From Rhizaria sp. SCN 62-66 (Eukaryota), in contig MEDY01000203.1 in assembly GCA_001724265.1 (NCBI GenBank), forward strand, positions 1 through 53,076: a stretch of 53,076 bases of DNA, given 5' to 3'. Each line of letters starts with the position of its first letter. Within the stretch, counting starts at the first letter, position 1. Below are positions 40,451 to 50,000 of the stretch, one piece after another. The position numbers and the translations under genes were made by a program. Below the pieces are notes generated by a model. That model was given only the letters and a program-made list of their open reading frames with translations. It did no database searches and was not told the origin of the DNA.

Positions 40451-40535
40451 CAGACTGACTGACCACCGACCTGCCAGTCAACCGCCCCAACCACAAATCG
40501 CTTTTTAGTCGTTCGGTCGGCAGTCAGTCAGTTTG
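40451..40535. repeat. Imperfect 21-bp inverted repeat in the divergent GS/DDX46 promoter region
   Basis: cagactgactgaccaccgacc (40451-40471) versus ggtcggcagtcagtcagtttg (40515-40535): 18 of 21 positions are complementary. Confidence 0.7.
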
Positions 40536-40797
40536 GCAGTTAGTCGGACACTCGCAACGGTCTCTGGCTTGGTCACCGCAGCGATAGGGACGCGCCGTGC
40601 ACGCAGATCTCCGTTAACTGAGTTATGGGTGCTGTCTGTGTTTTTAATAAGTGTGCTCTGTATTTCTTTCTTTTAATGTCGCTCAAACTCTTCAGCTTAC
40701 CTGTCGTCTCGTTCCCTCTCTTCGTCGTCTTTCCTAGTCCACACCCGCCGAACACTCCTCCGCCTCCACACGCGCGCGCGGCTCACAAACACTCGTC

Positions 40798-43700
40798 ATG
40801 TCCAAGCCAGCCGTGGGCATTAAGATCACACTTGGTGGCAAGACCTCCACCGCAGGAGCGCGCCCCCTCAGTTTCGCCAAGCCCGCCGCCTCCGTGCGCT
40901 CAGTCTTCTCCGCCTTCGACGCCTCGTCGGACTCCGCATCGTCTGCTTCTGCTGCTGCTGTGACAACAAATCACAACAGCGCGTTGTCCTCCGCCGTGGT
41001 CCCGGATGCCAAGCGCGCGCGCCTTGCTTCTGACAACACCTCCGACGCTTCTGGCTCTGATGAGAAGCTGAGCAGTATCGACGAGTTGATCGCCTCAGGC
41101 TTCCTCGACAGGCCTCTCGACGCCAGCACGGTCAGCGCCGCCGCCGCCGGCGACGACGATGACTAGGGCGACAGCGCCAACGTCGACGGAGGTGACGCCA
41201 TTGCGGCCGCGGTGGCTGCGGCCAAGGCTGTGGCCGTCGCGGCCGCCAAGTCCGCCGGCGTCACTGTCCCCACCACCACAAACACAAACAAAGTGGGCAC
41301 TGCCTCGGCTGCTGCACCTGTGAACGGCTCTACTGGCGGCGCCGGCGCTGCGATGACGGACTCCGTGCCCGACGCGAGCGCAAGTGCTGCCGCGGCTGCG
41401 GCTGCTGCTGACGGGGGCGATAACAGTGTCGACGCGTACCTCGCGACGCTGATGGCCACGGTTAGTGACCGTGAGCGCGCCGACATTGCGGCCGCTAACG
41501 CGCTCAAGGCCGTCCCCGCCGCGCAGCTCGCGCAGCACGGCAACGCGAACGCCGGTGCGGGCGCAGCTGCCGCCGCTGACGCTGCCGCCAAGTCCGGCGA
41601 CGCGTCCGCCTCATCTGCGGCTGCGAGCATGAGCACTGGCGCTGGCGCTGGCTCTGGCGCTGGCTCTGCTGGTGCGATTGGGCGCGTGTTCGACGACGAA
41701 GAGGAGCTTGACGAGGCCGACTACGCGGGCGGCGACACGACCGTAGCAGCGGCCCAGCGCGCCTTTGCGGCCACCATCGCCGCGCGCGCGCAGAAGCTGA
41801 TCAAGCCGTACGCGCCGCCGGCCGAGGGCGAGCGCCCCGTGGTCAAGGCGCTGTACCGCGAGCACCCAGACGTGGCCGCGCTGAGCGATGCCGAGGTCGC
41901 GGCCGCACGCAAGGGCCGCCTCGACTCGGTGCGTCTGCGCGGACTCCGCATTCCGCGCCCCGTGAGCAAGTGGATCCACTGCGGCTTCCCAGCGAAGGTC
42001 GACGCCGTGCTCGCTGCCTAGGGCATGCCCGCGCCCTTCCCAATCCAAGTACGGCGATTTTGCATTGTGATATTGCGTAGGGATTAAATATGTCTTTTTA
42101 TACGCTTGCGTGTTTAAGAGGCGGCTATTTTTCACATCTGACTTCATTTTCCGCTTGTTCTGACTTGTTTTTTCTGCTTCATTTTAGATGCAAACGCTGC
42201 CCGTGATTATGAGTGGCCGCGACTGTATTGCCTGCGCCAAGACCGGCTCCGGCAAGACCTTGGCGTTCACGCTGCCCATGGTCCGCCACATCTTGGCGCA
42301 AGACGACCTCGCGCCCGGCGACGGGCCCATTGCGCTCATCCTCGTCCCCACCCGCGAGCTCGCTGTTCAGGTGCGTAAAACAAAAGTCGCTTCTTCAACG
42401 CAAAATCACATAATTACCGAGAATTATAATGATATATAGTACGAATTGTAAGTATGTTCTTATTTGAATGTCATTTCTTCTATTTACTGCATTTTATTGT
42501 TTTGTAGATCACGACCGAGGTGCGCAAGTTCGCCAAGCCGCTGGGGCTGCGCGCCGTGGCCGTGTACGGTGGGCCCAACATCTCGGAGCACATCGCGAAG
42601 CTCAAGGCGGGCGCGCACATTATTGTCGCGACGCCGGGCCGCATGATCGACCTGCTGACGGTGAACAACGGCCGCACGACGAACCTCACCCGCGTGAGCT
42701 ACCTGGTCATGGACGAGGCGGACCGCATGTTCGACATGGGCTTTGGTGACCAGGTGCTGCGCATCATCGCCGGCACGCGCCCAGACCGGCAGACGCTGCT
42801 ATTCAGCGCGACCTTCCCCCGGGTCGTCGAGGCGGCCGCGCGCAAGGTGCTTACTCAGCCTGTCGAGGTCGTCATCGGCGGCCGCTCTGTGGCGTCGAGC
42901 GACGTGACGCAAATCATCCACATTCTGACTGAGGAGCAGAAGTTCGCGAAGCTGACCGAGATCCTTGCGCAGTGGTACGAAACTGGCAACATCATCATCT
43001 TCGTCGACAAGCAGGAGTCGGTGGAGCTCATGTTCCGCCACCTGGCGATGGCTGGCTACCCGGCACTGGCGGTGCACGGTGGCATGGACCAGATCGACCG
43101 CAACGCCATGATCGCCGACTTCAAGAACAAGATCCGCACGCTGATGGTTGCCACGTCGATCCTCGCGCGTGGGCTTGACGTCAAAGACCTGGTGCTGGTG
43201 ATCAACTACGACATCCCGACCCACTACGAAGACTACGTGCACCGCATCGGCCGTACGGGCCGCGCCGGCGCGCACGGCACCGCCATCACGTTCCTCACCC
43301 CCGACCAGGACGCGCACGCGCCGGACTTGGTCAAGGGGCTCGAGAAGGCCGGTCAGGAGGTCCCCGCGCCGCTTGCCGCGCTTCTGGAGAACTTCAAGGC
43401 CAAGGTCAGCCGCAACGAGGCGCGGTACCGCAGTGCCACGCTCGGCTACAAGACCAGCGGGTTCAAGTACGACGAAGAGGAGGCCGCGGCGCGCGCCGAC
43501 AGCCAGCTGTTGCAGCGCGCCGCGCGCGCCGAGGCGAACAACATGATGACGGACGAAATCACCGAGGCGCTGGAGCGGAAGCGCGAGCGCGACGAGGCCA
43601 AGCGCGCCGCGGCGCTCGCCGCGAACGTCGGCGCCAAGGCTGCGGGGGCTGGCGCTGGCGCTGGCCCTGGCGCTGCAGGTGGCGCAACAGCTCTATCGCG

Positions 43701-44274
43701 CGCGGGCTCCGTTCTCGCCAACAGCAGCGCCGCTGGTGGCGCTGCAGCTGCGGCGGGCACGCCCGCGGCGGGGGCGGTGCTGAGCGCGGAAGACGAGGCA
43801 GCGAGCCGCCTGGAGGCCGCGCTGGCGATGATGGCCCAGGTCGAGCGCACCGTGGGCGCCGCTGCCGGGGCCGCCGCCTCCGCTGCCGGGGCTGCGGGCG
43901 CGGGCGCGGGCGCGGTGACGACCGCGGGCGCGAGCGCGGGTGTGGCCCGCATCGCGACGTCGGTGGTGGAGCGCTTCAGCGCCGAGCTGGAGGTCAACGA
44001 CTACCCCTCGCAGGCGCGCTGGAACGTGCTCAAGAAGCCCTACTTGGATATGATCCGCGAGGAGTTTGGCGTCGCCGTGACGTCCAAGGGCCAGTACCGG
44101 GAGCCCGGCGCGGCTGGCGCGGACGGCGTGCGGCCGCTATACGTGTTGATCGAGGGCAAGTCCGAGGAGATGGTGCGGCGGGCCAAGATGGAGATGCTCA
44201 ACACGGTCGAGCGTGACGCCGCACTGGTGCGGCCCGACGTTGCCACGGCCACGCAGGGCAAGTACAGCATCTGA
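40798..44274 (+). CDS. DDX46: Pre-mRNA-processing DEAD-box RNA helicase Prp5/DDX46, ~1,066 aa; exons 40798-42048, 42188-42370, 42508-44274; internal TAG codons at 41164-41166 and 42019-42021
   Basis: Motifs: [28 protein letters not shown] (Q-motif), [58 protein letters not shown]46-specific [13 protein letters not shown] and the C-terminal KH-like [15 protein letters not shown] are present. Introns 42049-42187 and 42371-42507 are GTRCG...TAG. TGA stop. Confidence 0.93.
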
Positions 44275-44842
44275 ATCTGACCAGAATCAAAGCTGAACTA
44301 AGGATGTACGTGTACATTTATACACCATCTAAGCAACTGCTGAACGCGACCTCCTCAAAATCATATTTACGTAAACAGGCGGGACTCTGTAACGTATTGT
44401 GACTCAAAGATGCAAACCAGGATGCAGAGTTAAGATATTGCATCGTATTTGTTGGGGTATTTATTGCTATTGTGAGCAGTATGAATATCAGTCCGTGTTA
44501 TTGACAGGACGAAAAGCTACCTAGAATGAACATTCATGTCGCTTCGCTCTTGGCAGGCCTATTGTGAAGTGATGGAATCAATGTTGTCAACAGCATTTGG
44601 TATGTGCTTATTACTATTACTAACATCTATAAAGTAGAGCGCGTGTTAATATACATGACGAAAATTGATCTAGAAAGACAATTAGTGTTGAGGGCACATG
44701 CGCACTGAAAGTCCAACTTTATTGAGATAGCACAACTTGAAATAGATGTATTTTAAGATGCTATTACGTATACTTCAAAATAGAAATGATACGGTTTTAT
44801 TTTAGTCGTGCAATCAAATTAATAAGATATAACATGGATCTG

Positions 44843-44875
44843 GGTTCGCGAAAAAGTAAAACTTTTTCGCGAACC
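44843..44875. promoter_or_regulatory. Perfect 15-bp inverted repeat (3-nt loop) about 130 bp upstream of the next start codon; putative regulatory palindrome
   Basis: GGTTCGCGAAAAAGT-AAA-ACTTTTTCGCGAACC read directly. The regulatory role is inferred from position. Confidence 0.55.
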
Positions 44876-45001
44876 GGGATTACATTTTATGGCCGCGCGC
44901 GGCTTAAATTCGAGGGACCGAGACTGGGCTGGGACCAAAGTGTTGAGCACCGACCAGACGAGCGAAACTTTCGTTGTTGCCCATACGCACCAAAAATCAA
45001 G

Positions 45002-45816
45002 ATGGTACGTTCTTAAAGGTTTTTGTGATATCCCACGTCTAGTTTTATATTCCTGCGCTGTCTACGGCTTCTGCAGACGCAGTTGGCGTCTATAGGGACG
45101 CCTTTTTGTTCGGCTGCGTAAATCGAGCCCTCGCTCACCGATGTTCTTCCTGTGTTTGCCATGCCTCGCGCCGTGTCTGTGTGCTGCCCTCTGCAGTTCA
45201 CCCGTGCTATTGCCTCGATTGTGACCAAGCCCAAGGCTCCCCTGTCGGCCCCCGCCCGCCGCTTCGCCTCTGACGCTCACCACCACAGCGCTGAGGAGTC
45301 CCTCTTCACGTACGTTCCAGCGACCACTGACTTCTTCCCTCTCGATTGCTCCTGCGCGCGCCGCTTAGCACGCCAAGAGCTGCGGACTGCCGCAATAGCA
45401 ATCTGCGTGTGCTCTCTCGCTTCTTTTCTTATTGCTTCTTCTTTCGTACCCCGCTTCACCCTGCTTTACGCTCACTTTATCTCCTCCGAATCTTCGCTTC
45501 TACTGGCCATCTCTGCCCCGCCGCGCTCTCTCTTCGGCTCTCTCCTGCAACAACATGTCTGGCTCTGCCTGTATCCCTGCGGCATCTTGCATCCGTCTAC
45601 AGTCCCCTCTCCTCCGGCTCCTTCTACGCTGCCTTCGGCGTCCTCGCCGGTGTCTTCGCCTACATCTCCCTCAAGAAGTCTGCTGAGCCCGAGGTCTTCC
45701 CCATCTACAAGGTCGTCCTCGACGAGGAGGTCCGCATTGGCAAGCGCAACAGCGACTACACCATCAACCCCACCTACACCCCCAAGGCTCCCTCCGCTAC
45801 CACTGATGGCTTCTAA
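45002..45816 (+). CDS. Small mitochondrial single-TM protein, ~109 aa, probable respiratory-complex accessory subunit; exons 45002-45004 (ATG only), 45197-45309, 45603-45816
   Basis: ATG|GTACGT...CTGCAG and AC|GTACGT...TACAG|T splice to give M-FTRAIASIVTKPKAPLSAPARRFASDAHHHSAEESLFTPLSSGSFYAAFGVLAGVFAYISLKK...ATTDGF-TAA. Basic, acid-free presequence ending RRFAS, then a His cluster and one TM helix. Strong codon bias. Confidence 0.75.
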
Positions 45817-46803
45817 GTGGCTCAACATGCTTCAGACAACGACGACTCCGACTGACGTCATCTGACCGACGACAGAAGGAATAAGTGGTGCTCCGCTCCG
45901 CGCCGACCCCCTGCGCCCCGGCATCGCCCTTCCTCCTGTTCCTCTGACGGGGGCGAGCGTGGATGTGACTAAGACTGTTTCTAAGTCTGCTCACTTGCCG
46001 CGCGTGCCCCCGCTGGGCTCCGCCGCCCCTGCGGTGTGTGACGCCCGCGCGCCCTCTCTAGCGCGCGTGCGGCGCCGCGGGGCGCGGTGTACCGACCGCC
46101 TCGACCGACAGCGCGGTGCCCTGCCCCTGCCGGGACTGACTCGCGGCTGTGTGCGCGCATGTGGGGTGCTGGAGAGACTATTTCGCTCTCTTGCACTGCT
46201 ATAGTGTTCTATTGAGACGCTGTACGACTGCTGCGCGGTTGTGTCTTCGTGCCTTGTCACTCAGTGTGAGTGCCTGGTATGTATGCAAGTTATCTGCCTC
46301 GTCAGTAACGCGTGGTATCGTTCAGTCGAGGGGAGGTCTGTACTAATTATCGCTACCTGCCGACAACACAGGGGTCTTTTGCTCCGTGCGGTAGGGTAAG
46401 TGTTTCTGTTTTTACAATCAACAAACCTCCAATACCCAAAATAGAGTTTTATTTTTATATGGGCTACGATCTTCATCCTTCCGTACTGCGCTTCATATTT
46501 GCGACTGTTCGTCACTGAATATCTCGCACCCCTAATTGCTTTATCAAAATGAATTGCCATTAATGCATGTTACGATCATGGTTGTTATGTGTAATGACAG
46601 GCATTTAGCATGCCTGCATAAGTATATAGGATGTATTTGTTATCATTCTTTTATCATTAGAAAAGGTAATCATTCTTTCGGGTGTACAGGTTATAATCAA
46701 GTTTGCTCCGTGTGTAAACATTACGTTCAATACGTGCGGATGATGCGAGGCAATTTGCGGAACAATGCTAAGTCTACGTTGCAACGCACTGATGTTTGCG
46801 TCA

Positions 46804-47041
46804 TTAATTGCGGCCGGCGCGCGCGCTGCGGCGCGGCAGTGCGGTTTCGTCGCCCTCGCCCTCGTCCTCGTCCTCGCCGTCGCTGCCCTCAGCAACCGCG
46901 CCGTCGGCCGCAGACGCGCTCGCACTGTTGCTGTTGCTGTTGCTGCCGGTCCCGCTGGCGACGCGGCGACGCTTGCTCGCAGGTGCCGGTTTGCCCGTCG
47001 CCGCACCGCTCGCGTCATCACCAGCAGCGGCAGTGGCCGTC

Positions 47042-47075
<34 letters not shown>

Positions 47076-50000
47076 CGGCTGTGGCAGCGCTGGCGTCGCC
47101 CGCAGCCGTGGTTGCGGCGGCATAGTACCCGCCCGCAGCAGCGGTGCCGTCCGTCGCCGTCGTCGTCGCCGTCGTCGCTGCGGCCGCGGCGGCGGTGCTG
47201 CCCGCGGGGGCCATCACCGTCGCCGGGTCGACTTGCACTAGCGTGTAGATGGTGCCCAGCGACGTCTGGTAGTACCGATACTGCCAGTAGAGCACGCTCT
47301 CGCCCGCGCCGCCCTCGGCCGCCGCGGTCGTCGTCCCGTCCGCGGCCGTCGTCGTCGCCGACGCACCGGAGCCAGAGCCCGCGCCGAGTGTGGAGTTGGC
47401 CTGCGGCGCCGAAGCGCCGATGTAGACCCACGGCGCATCGTTCATAGCTACGCCGGGCGCGGGGGGCGGAATCGTGACCGTCACGGGCGCAGACGCCGCG
47501 CTGCCCGCGGCGGCGGCGGCCGCGACGGCCTGCTGCTGCGCCTCGACAGCGGCCGCGGCGGCCTGCTGCTGCTGCATCATGGTCGCCGTGTAGATGCCGT
47601 AGGGCACGTAGCCCGTCGCGCCGTTGGAGAACGTCTGCAGCACGACGGGGAGGTAGCCGTACACGGTCGGCAGGTACACGACCTGGGTGGAGATGGCCAC
47701 GATGGTGCAGCCGGCGGGCGGGCCGGAGACGATGCCCGACAGCGACGACGGCGTAAAGGGCGCCACGGCCGCCGTCGTCGCCGTCGTTGCGCCCGTCGCA
47801 GTGCCCGCGCCCGCGCCCGTGCCCGCACTGGTCGCGGCGGACGTGCTGTACTGGCTGTATTGGCCGTAGTAGGCGTTGTACCCCGCCGCCGTCCCCGCGC
47901 CGCCAGCGCCGGCCGCGCCAGTCGTGTTGGAGGCCGCGCCGTAGACCGAGCCCGCGGCGCCGCCGTACGCGGCCCCGTAACTCGCATAGTAGTCCCCCGC
48001 CGTCGACGCGGCGTACGTCACGCCCGCGCCCGCAACCGCGCCCGCGCCCGTCGTGGCGGTGGCCGGGACGGCGGTGGAGTAGTAGCCAGCGGCGGTCGTT
48101 GCAGTCGCGACTGGTACAGCGGCCGTGGTCGCGGTCGACGGAGCGGCCGTAGCGGCGGTGGCCGCGGCGGCGGCGGCGCCGGCAGCGGCGGCGGCGGCAG
48201 CGGCCTTGGTGGCCGCGGTGGTCGCCGCCTTGCTGCCCTTGGCAGGCGTCTTGGCGGCGGAGCCGGCAGCCTTGCTCTTGGAACCGCCCTTGGCCCCGGT
48301 CGCCGTGGCCGCAGTCGGAGCAGGGGTCGCCGCGGCGGCCGAGCCAGTGCCAGCTGAGTGCAGCGCTGAGGCCGGCGCGGCGGCGGCAGCGGCGGACGAG
48401 GAGGCGGTGTCACCGCTGCCGGTCGCCGCGCCGTCGGCGTCGTCGATCATGGCGACGCCGGTGTTGTTGCTCCCCGCGGCGGACGCGGACGACGATGCGG
48501 ACGACGACGAAGCAGAGAGCGCCTGCGTGCGCAGAGCGGTGAGCGCGAGGTAGTAGGGCAGGCCCGAGGCGCGGAGCCAGGGCAGAACCGCCGAGGAGAA
48601 ACGGCCCACGGATGTCTGGCCGCCGCAGCCGAGGCAGAAGGACGCGCACGGCACGCGCGAGCGGCCGTGGGCAGCGACGGCCCTGTCCGTGACGACCCGG
48701 GGCTCGGAGTCCGACTCGGAGTCGGAGGCGCCGTCGCCAGAACCAAAACCGGAGCCGGAGTCAGATCCGTGGCCGAGGCGGCGGGGATGGGACTCGTGGC
48801 TGTCGGAGTCGGTGGTGGGGGCGTCGTCGTCGAAGAAACTGGCGTGACCGCGGGCGCGGCGACTGCGCGCGGAGGCAGCGGCAGCGGCGGAGGCGGCGGC
48901 GGCGGCTGGGGTGATGTCGAGGAGGGAAACGACGGCGTTGTCGTCGTCCTCGTCCTCCTCGTCCTCGTTGCTGTCGTCGCCGCCACGGCCCTCGTCGTCG
49001 TCCTCGTCGTCGGCGTCGCCGCTGTGGTCGCGGTCCTCGTCCTCGTCCTCGTTCTCGTCGTCGTCGTCGCTACTCTTACCGCCCTTGCCCTTGCCCTTCC
49101 CCTTGCCGCCAGCCTTCGCAGCAGCGCCGGTCTTGGCCTTGCTGTTCTTGCCCTTGTTAGAGGCAGCAGCAGCGGGTGCGGACTTGGCGCTCTTGCCCTT
49201 TGCAGCCGCGGCGCCGGAGGCGGCGGAGGCGCTCTTGGCGGCAGCAGCGACGCGGCTCTTCTTGCTCGCTTGCTGCACCGCAGACTCGCTGTCGCCAACG
49301 CTCTTGATCCTGCCCTTGCTGCCGGCAGCGCCGCTCTTGGCGGCGCCGGCGCCGGCCTTGCCCTTACCCTTCGCCGAAGACTTGGCCGAACACGATGTGG
49401 CATCATTCGCACCGCGCTTGGCGTCAGCAGAGGCGGTGGCGCTGTCGTCGCTGCCGCGGCGGCCGCCCTGGCGGCAGCGGTGACCGAGGCCGAGGCTGAG
49501 GCTGAGGCTGGGACTGGGCCGGAGACGGGACGGCGGGCCGGCGAGCGGTGCGAAGGGGCCTCCGTACACGCCGTAGATGTCGGCGCTCGCGTCCGAAGCG
49601 GCGTTGGCGCTGGCGCTGACGGCGCGGGCCTCGCCGTCCGCCGTCTTCTTGCTCGCAGCGGCCTTGGCGCCGGTCTTGGCGGCGGCGGCCGAGTCGGACT
49701 GCTCCGAATCAGCCTCGGCGATGCTGAAGAGCGCCGAGGACGAGGCCGGCGCCGACAGCGCGGCGCCCGCGGCGGGCACGGGGTACGCGTAAAGCGGCGC
49801 GCAAAAAGTCAAGCCGCGTTGGGGCGCGGAAGTCAGGCCGCCCGCCCAGCTGGACTGGACGATTGAGACGCCCGCGGCGGTGCACGCGCTCTGCGAGAAG
49901 CCCGTGGTGACCGCACCGGTGCCCGCACCCGTCGTCACCGTCGTCGTTGTCGTCGTCGTCGTCGTCGTCGTCGTCATCGTCGTCGTCAGGGTCGTGGTGG

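Noticed and set aside
41998-42021. 24-nt GT...AG micro-intron removing the TAG
   Set aside because: The donor GTCGAC does not match the GTRCG consensus, the segment is GC-rich and far shorter than the other introns, and removing it would delete a helix that is colinear with DDX46 homologues. Not formally excluded without RNA data.
42019-42021. Pyrrolysine, or A-to-I editing (UAG to UGG, Trp), as the explanation for the internal TAGs
   Set aside because: Pyrrolysine is not known in eukaryotes. Trp is implausible in the acidic and Gln-rich contexts of the other two sites.
40798-44274. DDX46 as a pseudogene or as several separate genes (122, 269, 83 and 584-aa ORFs)
   Set aside because: There are no frameshifts, all helicase motifs and splice sites are intact, and the only lesions are two TAGs.
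1-45816. Functional cluster of mitochondria-related genes
   Set aside because: The genes are dispersed over 45 kb among unrelated genes and several assignments are tentative, so chance is sufficient.
45152-45865. 237-aa ORF as a single-exon gene
   Set aside because: It reads through pyrimidine-rich introns. The spliced 109-aa model gives a more coherent protein.
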